A stretch of DNA of 64,000 nucleotides from the human T2T-CHM13v2.0 reference genome, Homo sapiens. The first letter of the stretch is position 1. Each line of letters starts with the position of its first letter. The notes under the pieces are model-generated. The model had not been told where the DNA came from and made no database searches. It worked only from the letters and a program-made list of their open reading frames with translations. The stretch lies in the NCBI RefSeq assembly GCF_009914755.1, contig NC_060927.1; one strand, 5' to 3'. The translations under genes and the position numbers were made by a program. Positions 1 through 10,680 of the stretch are shown here, in pieces.

Positions 1-269
1 CAAGCAGCGAGGGCCAAGCTAAGCCTGCTGTAGGTGCAGGGTGAGATCTTTCTGTTTGAGTGTGGCAGCTATCACAAGTTCAGTGACTACATGTAGATTT
101 GGAGGGTGTGTGGATGATAAATCTGGCATTGACTCAGCATCACCAGGGTTTACCATGAAGCTTGCTAGGGCAGGGGTCTAGGGGGGTGATACTATATCGA
201 AGTCAGGTCCCAGTGTGACCAGATTTGACCTTATGACCTCCCTCCCTCTCTCTTCCACCTGCTCCTTCT

Positions 270-1235
270 CCCCTTGTCCCCTCTCTCATCAAGAGGCAGC
301 ATCACCCACCCAGGCCTCACTGTCCACTTTGAAATCATCCCTGACACTTCCTTTTCCTTCACGATTGACCCTTGTCACTCAAACTCGGAAAAGAGCAGAG
401 CTGTCCCCTGCTGTCTACCTCCTGACTCCACTGCCTTGGTCTAAGCACTGGCCTCTAGGATTTTTAAGTCATAGCTTTCTTCTCTGGAAGGTCCCTGTCT
501 CCCTCCTCACTCCATCCACACTGTAGTTTTCTAAGATGCAAAGCTGACCACATCAAGCCCCCATTATAAAGTCTGCAGTGCCACTGGGCATGGTGGCTTG
601 TGCCTGTAGTCCCAGCTACTGGGGAGGCTGAGGTGGGAGGATCACTTGAGCCCAGGAGTTTGAAGCTGCAGTGAGCAATGATTGTGCCACTGCACTCCAG
701 CCTGGGCCACATAGTGAGACCTTACCTCTTAACAAAAAAATTAAAATCTTCAGTGTCTCTCACCTGTCTGTAAGACCAAGTCCTGACTCCCTCAACTGGC
801 CTTGGAGGCCTTTGGTGATGAGGCCCTGTCAGTTTCCTCTGCTGGCTCTCTGCAGCCTCTGCTCAGACCTGCCGAGCCCGTCACCACATACGATCACATT
901 TTGTATGTTCAAATCTCTTTGCAGTCACTCATAAGATTTTGGCTGCCCTTTGTTCCCTGAAGAACTCTTACTCATCTGCCAAGACCTGGTTGAAATGGCC
1001 CTTCATCTGTAAAATCTTCTCCAGCACCCTGAGGCCCCACTGGCCTCTTCCTCCCCTGGCCAGACCCTCTCTTATCACACCTCACATGGTACTACAGTTA
1101 TCTAAGAAACCATTCTCTTGGCAAGACTAGGGGCGCTGCTGGGGAGAGGCCTATTTCAGTCCTACTAAATCCCCTGGTGCCTAGCAGGGAGCTGGCGTGC
1201 ACAAGGCCCTCAATAAACATCTGGTAAAAAATGAG
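270..1235 (+). mobile_element. L2 LINE 3' fragment interrupted by an Alu monomer
   Basis: Pyrimidine-rich L2-like body ending in the L2 tail ggtgcctagca...ctcaataaacatctgg. Confidence 0.6.
584..741 (+). mobile_element. FRAM (free right Alu monomer)
   Basis: ctgggcatggtggcttgtgcctgtagtcccagctact...ggatcacttgagcccaggag...A tail; degenerate TSD taaagtctgcagtg 567-580 / taaaatcttcagtg 742-755. Confidence 0.9.
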
Positions 1236-1496
1236 GGAAGGAGCTCAGGTCCTTTGGGGAAGTCCTATAACCCCCTTGCCTTGACTGCAAGCCAACAGCA
1301 ACCTTCCTTCCCCGGAATTCCGGGCCACCTTGAGTTTTGGCAGAGCCAAGTCCTGCCGCTGCTTCATGGAATGAGCAGGAACGGACTCTGAGCTGTTTCC
1401 TCCTCCAATCGAAACAGCCATAGCCCTGGCACCAACAGCTCTATCAGCTCTGTCTCAGGACCCCGTGGCTCTACTGCACCCACGTCCCTCACTTAC

Positions 1497-1766
1497 CCTC
1501 CTGGGTGTGTACCAGGCAAGCTGTAACCCAGGAGCAGGCCTCTCCTGTGCCCTGGGCTCTGGGACTCTGGGCTGAGGGTCTGGAGGGCAGGGAGCTGTCT
1601 GGAACTCTGGCTGCCAGCAGCAGGGCAGAGACACAGAGAGCCGCTGCTGCAGAGCCCACAGCCGCCCCCACCCATGACTACGGCTCTGGCAGCCGCAAGG
1701 AGCCTCCCGGCATCGATCAGCCCTGCTACTCCAAGCCTCCTCGGCGCGCCTGGCTGAAGCCGGGAG
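1497..1766 (-). other. Candidate alternative first/5'-UTR exon of the same minus-strand gene
   Basis: Consensus donor GAGG|gtaagt (ACTTAC at + 1491-1496); CpG-rich unique sequence at about 1640-1830 incl. GGCGCGCC 1743-1750; possible acceptor ctgac-tttctttcattttctttcttttt-acacacacttggaaag| ending at 1767. The 5' end is uncertain (TSS or acceptor). Confidence 0.55.
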
Positions 1767-2000
1767 CTTTCCAAGTGTGTGTAAAAAGAAAGAAAATGAA
1801 AGAAAGTCAGCCAACAGAGGCCATCGGTGGGGGTTGGATGGTAAAGCACTTGCCAGTATAGAAATGCCACTGGTTGGGCAGCGGGAGATCCTCTGACAGG
1901 TGTGTGCAAGGGGAGGCCTACCTGGAGGTCCAGGTAACTGAGGGTTAACCCTTTAAGAGCCAGCTCCTCTGCCAACTAGGTTTTGGGTCTTGTTTTGTTT
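1760..2000 (-). promoter_or_regulatory. Candidate promoter for the alternative exon
   Basis: Unique sequence upstream (minus sense) of the exon: RFX-like GTTACCTGGACC, palindrome AGGGTTAACCCT 1941-1952, weak TATA-like CTTAAA, second donor ccag|gtaggc at 1921. Motif-level evidence only. Confidence 0.3.
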
Positions 2001-2357
2001 TAATGGGAATGCATACAAAATCACAAGGTGCAGCAGCCCTCACTGGTACTCTCAGCATCTTTAGATGGCTCAGGGCTGATGAGGTGGACATCACTGTCAT
2101 CCTAAGGGGCTGGGGCACTGCAGTGTCTCTGATCAATTCACGGGGGAGTGGGCTGTTTGGCCTGGCACTGAGTGACCCTTCAAGGACTGCAGCTCCCTCT
2201 CTCCCATCCTCGGCCACAATGGGGCTTCTGATGTCACCTCACCATCTCCATTTCCGCCAATGGGCTCATCGCAGCCCTGGAAAAATCCTGACTCAGTCTG
2301 ACCATTCCTGGTTCCTTTGCTCCTTCCTGTTTCTCTTTTTGTCTTCTTGTGCTTCTC

Positions 2358-2374
2358 ATACACATATACGTATA

Positions 2375-2416
<42 letters not shown>

Positions 2417-2510
2417 CACATATATGCATAAATATATATATACATGTATATATATATATATATGACAGGAAAAAATATATATCGTGTGTGTGTGTGTAAA
2501 ATTTTTTTTT
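2358..2510. repeat. Compound (CA)n/(TA)n/(TG)n microsatellite
   Basis: Directly visible alternating purine-pyrimidine tracts followed by a T run. Confidence 0.95.
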
Positions 2511-4061
2511 ATCTGGCCCACTATTCCAAGCTCTGGCACTGGAGGTCTGATGATCACATTCCTTGAAGCCGAAGGGCATGAGCCTTTCTTCCAACCCTAA
2601 ATGGGTTGGAAGAAAGTGCAGCTCACTCACGGCTGGCCTCTAGATCACAGATACTATCCATCCCAGTTCCCCACCCCCAATTTTTGAGCCCCTTTCAAAT
2701 ACACGTGTGCCCAGGCACAGCAGGATGTCATGCCTTCGAGGCGGCATCACTAAGCATTTTTCTGCTTCTAGCTGCTTCTCCTCCCCAGCCCACTCACCCC
2801 AAGAATCTGCAACTAAACCCCTAAACGTATTCACTGCATGAGGTGAATGGAGTAGTGGGGTTATGGACTTCCGGGTAAAGTGATGGAATGATAGGTTCCA
2901 AATTAAGAATGTTCTTGGCCTTGTTCAATCTTCAAGTTTCCTTCTCGCAAGCAAAAGTGAGCCTCCATCCTCCCAAATCCACATATCTTCCTGGGTCTCA
3001 TCCCTCTCCCCATCTCTTTTCCTTTTCCCCTCCCTTCATATCTCTCTCCTCTGCTTTCATGCTATAAAGATTTGGGAAGGAAATATCAACACATGCTGGA
3101 GGGAACCTTAGGCTGGTCTCTCTGGGTCTCGGTCTACCCCTCTGAGAACTGGGAGGCATGGAAGAGCCCTGCAGCCCTGGCATGCCATGCGACTGTGTCA
3201 AGCCCAGCAGAGGCTGGAGAGCTTCACTTGGTGACCACACGAGGTTATAACAGTGCATCCTGCCCGGCTGGGCTCGCTGACGGTCCCTCTCAGCAGGCAA
3301 CCTGCAGCCTGACTCAACCAGGATGCACCCTTTTCACAGATGAGAAACCAGAACCTGAGGGCTCGCAGGGGTGTCTCCATAGATCAGAGACATTTCCAAA
3401 TCAAACAGCTCCAAATCCACCCTCAGGAGGCACCGTCTGCCTGTTAGAACGGGTGGTTCCCACCACTCCTGAATGAGGGTGTGACTCCTGGTTTTGGGGG
3501 GACATTTCTTCGTAATGCTGTCTCCCCACATGTTGTTTTAGGTCATAATTACGCTCCCTGGCAGGGGTGGGCAAGGCCCTCTGACCCTGTTTAAAGACAA
3601 GGAACTGTGAGGGCTATGAGCAGGGGCACCTCCCTGGCCTGGGCATGTTTGGCGTTGGGGTGTGGCTGCGGAGAGCTTGGGCAGAGGGGTGTGGGAAAGT
3701 ATTGGCAAAGGTCAGGGATACATCGGTGTCGTCCAGCCTCCACTCCTCTCCCCTTGAGCTCTCTCTTGCTTCAGTCCTGTCCACCGACATCTGCACTCTC
3801 CCCTGGCCAGAGGAAGGCAGCCCAAGGGGTCAAGGAGCTCCCTGAGCCTACACCATCAGTGACATGTGCTTGGGGGGCACTGGGTCCCTCTTTTGAGCGA
3901 CTCACATGGGACTCACGTGTTCCACTTCTTCTCTGACTGGGTCCTCACCCAGGATCTCCCAAACTCACATAGGCTTCTCTTGTGTTTGAGTCCTCATTTC
4001 TGCCCGTCTCCTCGCCCTACCGAACTTTGCCTATAGACATCCTTTCCCATCGTCATTCACT

Positions 4062-4250
4062 TCTAACTCTGGCAATTCCTAAGAGTGTAACGTTGGACCA
4101 GTGACTCCACCTCTCTAAGCCTTAGTTTTCTCACCTGTAAAATGGAGACACCACCAGTGTCATAAGTGTTAGATAGGAGAATGCATTTCAGGGGCCCAGC
4201 ATATTCCCAGGTACACAGAAGATGCTCAACAGAAATAGCTATGGTTGTTA
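4062..4250 (+). mobile_element. MIR SINE
   Basis: Core cctctctaagccttagttttctcacctgtaaaatggag and tail gctcaacagaaatagctat. Confidence 0.8.
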
Positions 4251-4479
4251 CGCCTATCCTGATTACCCCAGTTAGAAATGGTTTCTCCTGTCTACATTTC
4301 TGCCAGCCAGCATCGCATTTTACACTCTCTGTTCTAGAGTATGGATGGTGACTCCCATCTCTCCTCTCCAACCACACTCTGAGCTTCCAGAAGACACCTA
4401 CAACTCCTGGCTCAGCACTGGGCACACGGCAGGTGCTGCATATGCTCTCTGGCCACCAGGTGTGCTATGACACCTGTGC

Positions 4480-6582
4480 TATGAAAGCTCCCACTTTAAC
4501 CCCTCCCCAGGTCCCCAGCCCCTCTGGGCTCTTCGCTCCCTATCTCTGCTTCCTCACTAACCGTTCCCACCTTGGTCCTCTTCAATTAGCTTTTGTCACC
4601 TCCCCTTTCCAGAAGCAACTCAGCTCAAGATTACTGTGGCCCTCATCTTGCCAAGTCCAGAGGCCATTTCTTGGTCCTCCCCTTCCTTGGCCTGTAGCAG
4701 CATTTGACACTGCTGCTCACCCTTCCTTGCAAAGCACTTGCCTGGGGACCCCTGCGTACTCCCTTGGTTCTCCTCCTACCTCTCTGGCCCCTCCTCCTCT
4801 ATTTGCTTTGCTGGCCCTTCCTCTCCCCACTACTAAGTGTGGGACACTTCAAGGCATAGCTGTGAGCTCTTTTTTTTCTCCCTAAAGACACTGGCTTCCT
4901 CAGTTATCCAGCCCCATGGCTTTAAATACGATCTATATACTGATATCTCCCTGAGCTGCAGAGTCATAACTCCAACTGCCTGTGCCACATTTCCACTTTG
5001 ATATCTAATGAACATTTTAAAGTTAACACATCCACACCATTACCCTCCGTTTTCCTGTGCCAAACCTATTGCCCCCTCTCTGGTCTTCTGCTGGTCTTAG
5101 TAAATAGCACCAGCCTCCAACTGGTTATATGGTTGTATAATAAAACTTTGACAGGCTTTCGTCCCTGGTTCCTGGAAGGCAAACTCTAACTCCTTGGAAA
5201 TTCCCACATGGTAGGAGTATCTTTGTTATTCATGAACCCCTTAGAGTTTATGCTAAGAGATGAGATGAGTCAGGATGGGGGCTGGGCACCAGAAGGAACA
5301 ACCATGCCATTACAGAGTTGGGGCTTTGAGCCAGCCTGGCCTCCACCGAGGGGAGGGGGCTGAAGATTGAGTTCAGTCTCATGGCTGATGATTCAGTCAA
5401 TCATGTCTATGTGATGAGGCTCTAATAAAAACTCTGGACACCAAAGCTCAGTGGAGTTTCCAGTTGGTGAACACAATGATGTTCCTGGGAGGTGATGTGC
5501 CTTGATTTCATGCCCTGAAAAATGTGTGGGAGCTCTGTGTTCAGGGCCCTTCCAGACCTCACCCTGTGTGTGGCTGGTCCTGATTTATATCCTTCACAGC
5601 AAAATGGTAATCATAAAAGCGGCACTTCTCTGAGTTTGGTGAGTCATTCTAGTGAATTATCAAACCAGAGGGGGTTGTGGGAACCCCTGAGTTTGTTGCC
5701 AGCTGGTCAGAACTGCGGGCAGCTTGGGGACCCTCCTGGTAGTTGGCATCTAAGTGGGGGCAGTCTTATTGCAGACTGTGCCCTTTAACTTGTGGGGTCT
5801 GCATTAGCTCTGGGTGATTAGTGCCCTTGATGACTTATAAAACACCATTGGTGTCAAAACACACCCCATCACCTTTGATTCTTCTTTTTCCTTCTAATCT
5901 CACCCCCAGTGTGAGACTAGGTCAGGTCAGCTCAACTGTCACAGCTGTTTGGAACACAGCTACTTCTCTCCTCCACTGCCACTGTCCTGGCCCGGCTGCC
6001 ATCATCTCTTACCCGGATAATGGTAACATTCTCCCTGCTTCCGCCCTTGCCCCCTGCAGCAGACTCTCCAAACAGCAGCTTGGGGAGCCTGTATCCCCCA
6101 CCCAGCCCACTCAAGACCCTCGAGTGCCCCACCTCCCCTGGAATTAAGGCACAGCCCCTCACCTAGCTCTCTGACCTCACCTCTCACTTCTCCCTCCCCT
6201 GTGCTGTCCTTTGTCTTCCTGGCTTCCTTGATGTTCCCCAAACATCCCAAGCTTCAGCCTGCCTCAGGCTTTTGCTTGTCCCTTTCCCTGGAATGTTGTT
6301 CTTGGTTTTCATTCCCTCATTCCAGCCTGAAAGGTCACCTCCTCCAAGAAGCCTTCCCTGAGCACCTTATATAAAGTAGCCCCTCCCCCTCTCTCCTCTC
6401 ACCCAGCTGTATTCTCCTTGACAGCCTTTACGGCATATTACATATGCATTTGTTTATTTGATTATTGTCCATCTCCCTTAGGAGAATGTCAGCTCCCTGA
6501 AGGCAGGAACCACGTCTACTTTGTTCACTGCCGTATTCCTAGTGTTTGGCTCCGTATGTATTTGCTGAATGAATGAATAAAT
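4480..6582 (+). mobile_element. L2 LINE 3' region split by a MER21 LTR
   Basis: L2 body (ccatggctttaaatac...tatatactgat) resumes after 5862 and ends ttgttcactgccgtattcctag...tgctgaatgaatgaa. Confidence 0.8.
5123..5862 (+). mobile_element. MER21-family (MER21C-like) solo LTR
   Basis: gtccctggttcctgg, gagtttatgctaa, caggatgggggctgg, taataaaaactctggacacc, gagtcattctagtgaattatcaaac match the recalled MER21 consensus. Confidence 0.8.
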
Positions 6583-6879
6583 TACGTGCCACCAAGAAAA
6601 CTGGCCAGCTGGAAGAGGTATCATATAAATGATCTGGTACCTCCTGGAACGTTTTGCTTTCCAGCTGGTTGTTATAAGGATTTATTTACACAGATGTGGC
6701 AGGAATCGCTGTAGGGCTGTACAGTTTCAACAGCTTGAGCTCAAGAGAAAAAGTGCTTTGTTAGTAGGTAACAAACAGATGCTCTGAAAGCACAATGCGC
6801 CAGGTCATTTCCTTCAAAAATCACAAGATTAAACACAGAAACACAAATGAGAAAAATACATTGAATTGCAGTCTCGTGA

Positions 6880-7030
6880 CTTGGGTTTTAATCTTTTCTC
6901 CCGCATCGTAGTTGGGTGAGCTTTGGCAAGTGGCCTCCCCTCCCTGTGCCTCAGTTTTGTTGTCTGTAGAGTGGGGATAATGGTAATACCACTGACCTAT
7001 GTCCCAGAGTGGCTGTGAGGGTTCTATGAG
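6880..7030 (+). mobile_element. MIR fragment
   Basis: ggcaagt...tgtgcctcagttttg...tgtagagtggggataatggtaatacc. Confidence 0.7.
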
Positions 7031-7389
7031 AGGCAGGATGGAAGCAGGCCCACAGGACTTTATTTGGTTGACTCCCTTGCTAACATCTACCACAGCATGG
7101 AGTCCCCAGACATTTAGGCAAGAAATAAAGAGTCAGTACCAAGTAGACCTCTAGGAATAGTGACCAATTTTCAGTCTCCCAGAAAAGCTGCTGAGAGAAG
7201 AGACTTTGCTATAAGAGAATAAGAGAAAAATGCTGAAACCAAGTTGTCATATGTCATGGGGCTGTTTTCTCAATCAACTGTCCCCTCAATTCCAGGATCT
7301 CATGCACGGTCCTGGATTCTACCCTGTGAGTAGAGTGAGAAGCATTGGAGACATGGAAGCTGAGCATCACTTGGACACAGAGAACAGGG

Positions 7390-7770
7390 GGCTGGTGGGA
7401 TCAGAGGCCAGAGGTGAAGGCAGGAAGCACCCTAAACCACTATTATCAGGAGAGCTTGGATTTTAGCTTCAGGACATCAGGAAGCTGCTGGAGGGTTACA
7501 GTCAGGGAGTGATGCGAGCAGATCTGTGTTTTCAAAGGACCTGTCTGGCTGCTGCCATGGGGTGGGTGATCAGGGACAGGTGTAGGAGCGGGAGCAACCA
7601 GGAGGCTGACCCAGTGGTCTAGGCAAGACATGGTGGTGACCTGGATTTTGTGATGTCCCCAGGAGTAGATAGAAGACAATGACAGTCAAGACATGAGCAG
7701 AAACGAAGGGAGGGTCAAGGATGACTCCAAGTTTTGGATTTAGGCAAAGACAGGAAGCAAGACATTTGCA
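7390..7770 (-). mobile_element. L2 fragment
   Basis: ttggatttt...ggaagctgctggagggtt...cagatctgtgttttcaaagga...ctggctgctg is typical of reversed L2. Confidence 0.65.
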
Positions 7771-8446
7771 GAGATATTTGAGGGTATCTTTGCCACACTC
7801 TCACCTTACACTGAGCTCCAACAGTCCAACGGCCAGCCCCTCAGAGTGGTTTTGACCCACAGTGATCTAAGAAGGTCAGCTGACAAGGGACAGAAGGACC
7901 TTGAAGCCAGTGTCAAGGTCCACAGAGGTGAAGCTTTGTTTCTGCTAAAGTCAGCAACCATCACCATCCACATCCAACTTGCTCATCCTAGTCCTTCTCT
8001 CCACCACTGATTTTATAAATCAAAATCACTTTGGAGTTGATGCTAAGAAAAATTATTTTTTATATTCAGATTTTAATGTCCAGAAGCCCATCTCAACTAT
8101 CAAATTGTTTATCTCTAACTCACTTCTTCTCACTTCATGAGAGTTTCTTAGTAAAATTAATGTTTTCAGGATGAACTATTTTGCTATGGCCTTGAGCAGC
8201 CACTCTGTGATAGATGGGCTCAGCTGGGATGGTTGTACTGTTGCTTCTGGGTCTCGCTGGGAAGGTAAGGTGGTAACCAAGTGCACCACCTACTTAGGTG
8301 TCTGCATCACACCTCTCCAGAGATTTATTAAGGATGGAGACATGAGTTTTCCTTCCACACTTACCTCCCTCCCCCGATCCCACTACAGTTCCAAGTTCAG
8401 TGCTCTGCAAAATAAATGGTCTCAGTTGCCAGGAACAAGCTGTCCC

Positions 8447-8824
8447 TGTTACAGCCTGAATTGTGTCCCCCAAATTCATATGGTGAAATCCTAACACCCG
8501 CCACTTCAGAATGGGACTATATTTGGATATAGGGTTTTTAAAGATGTGATTAAGTTAAAATGAAGTCGTTAGGGTGGGCCCTTATTCAATCTGACTGGTG
8601 TCTTTATAAGAAAAAATTTGAGCACAGACATATTCGGAAGGTGAGGATATAGGAGAAGTCAGCTGTCTAGGAGCCAAAGAGAGAGGACTTAGAGGAAACC
8701 AGCCCTGCCAACACCTTGGTCTTAAACTTCTATCCTCTAGAACTGTGAGAAATGAATCTGTCGTTTAAGCCCTCCAGTCTGTGGCACTTTGTTATGGCAG
8801 CCCTAACATGAATACATGAATACA
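8447..8824 (+). mobile_element. MLT1B-like MaLR solo LTR
   Basis: tgttacagcctgaattgtgtcccccaaattcatat...gattaagttaaaatga...agaactgtgagaaa...tttgttatggcagccct...ataca. Confidence 0.85.
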
Positions 8825-9039
8825 GGCTCAAAGCCAGCTCCCTCAGAACTGCAGCTCCAGGGACAGAAGGAAGACTATGTGACATTGACCTTGGCTTTGA
8901 ATAAAAAAATTTGTTTTTGAGAAAAAGAGCACTTTAGAATGAAAAGTGCCAACATAACCATTTTTCTTATACAGCTGACTAGCAAAATGCACACACACAC
9001 ACACACACTCATTGGTGGGGGCAGAGGATTTTTTCTTAA

Positions 9040-9530
9040 CTCTAACTCCTCTTTGTGATTATATAAACAGTGAACATTCCACTAGGGGAAATTTAGAAAG
9101 TGCAGAAAAGCACAAAGAAAAAAACAAGTCACCTGTTATCCTCCCACACTTTTGTATCTGTTTCTTCTATCTTCTCTTTCTCTCTCTCCCCACTTCTTTC
9201 TCTCTTGCTTACTTCTGTTTTTGTCTACCTATTTAAAAAAATACAGTTTAATTTTGGCAAATTGCCTTTTCACTTAATACTGAAATGTGAACATTTTCTC
9301 CTCCATTATTAAAAATTCATCTCAAACAGTTTCGATGGCTGCCCAGAATCTTCCTTCTGTGATCTATATTGCCACAACTGACTCCCAGTTCCCTGCTGCT
9401 GGCCATTGGCATTGTTTCCTGTTGTTAACTAATATAAATACTGCTGTGATACACATCGTTGTAGATCAATCTTTGTATACATTTTGGGTTATTTCCTCAG
9501 GGCAAATGTCCTAGAAGTGAAATTACTAGT
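9040..9530 (-). mobile_element. Ancient L1ME 3' fragment
   Basis: ttgtttcctgttgtt...aaatactgctgtgatacacatc...atttcctcagggcaaatgtcctagaagtgaaattact. Confidence 0.6.
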
Positions 9531-10454
9531 TCCTTATATTTTGAAAGAGGAAACTTTTTAAAAGCCTTTAAAACTTTCTAGTAGGTTATGCCACTCTCAG
9601 GGGTATAACAATGTCTCATCACACATATTAAAAGATTCCCAGGGTTTCTGTTATAATTTTAGATAAAATAAAAAGAAACAAACAAAATAAAACCCAATCT
9701 ACCCGCCTATAGTCAATACAAGAAAGTGACAGCCATCCCCGGCTAAAATGAAGTTGCCCTTCAGGTGAGAGCCTGGTTACTTAGGAAGGGAAGGAAAGGA
9801 GGTGGCCTCGCTGTTTGCTCAGCATTCTGTGGAGTGGACACCCATCTTACAGGTGAAGAAACGAAGGCACAAAGGGGTGGAGTCACCCACATGCCCAAGG
9901 CCATGCATAGCTTGAGAAGGAAGCAGTCAGGATTAAAATTCAGTTTTGCCTGTCTCCAAAGACCAAGGGCTTAGCCGTTATTCCAGAGGGTCTGAGAGTG
10001 CTGGTCTTCACACAGGGACGAGCTGCTGAGCAGGGCAGCAGCAGGACGGCTCCCAGATCCAGCCCTGGTGTCCTGTTCTGCCTTCCCATCTTGCCAGCAA
10101 CATGAGTGTGCAGGACCAGGAAGACGCAAAGCTGGTGTGTGCCCCAAGGGAGCACGAGCTGGTGTGGCCCACCTGGCCCCCACCAGGTGATGGCCAACAT
10201 GCCCACCTGGCCATTTGCTCATCTGGGACACAAACCCTTATCGCTGTGTTGACCCCACTAGAATAGCCACAGCTGTGTAACAGCCCAGACAAGGATGCAC
10301 TAATGAGACTGTGTCTAAGAAAATACATATATAGATAAAAGCAGGAAGGAGAGCAAAAATACCCCAAACATGCCGTGGCAGGGAAGTGAAATTATGAATA
10401 CATTGTTTTATCCATTGTCCAGTCTTTTACAAACATAATGTTATTTCTGCAGGG

Positions 10455-10680
10455 ATATGGTGGCAAAACAAGGTATTTGAAGTCAGATGGACTGGGTTCC
10501 AGTCCTGCATCTTAATGGTCAAGTGACTTTGGGCAAGTCACTTCACTTCTCTGAGCCTCAGTCTCCTCGCCTGCAGAACGGGGATAATCATTGCGTCTTG
10601 TTCTCAGGATGAACCTATGTAAGAGGTGAACCTTAGTACTGTGCCTGGCACATGGTAGGGCACGGCAAATACCAGTTCCC
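10455..10680 (+). mobile_element. MIR SINE
   Basis: gaagtcagatggactgggttc...gtgactttgggcaagtcacttcacttctctgagcctcagt...gtgcctggcacatggtagg. Confidence 0.85.

Noticed and set aside
130-139. Perfect ARE/MARE TGACTCAGCA and scattered AP-1 sites
   Set aside because: Single short motifs, several in repeats; no supporting context and AP-1 heptamers are common by chance.
4451-4467. CTCF-like GGCCACCAGGTGTGCT (and similar near 25170)
   Set aside because: Mismatches at core GGC positions; weak match.
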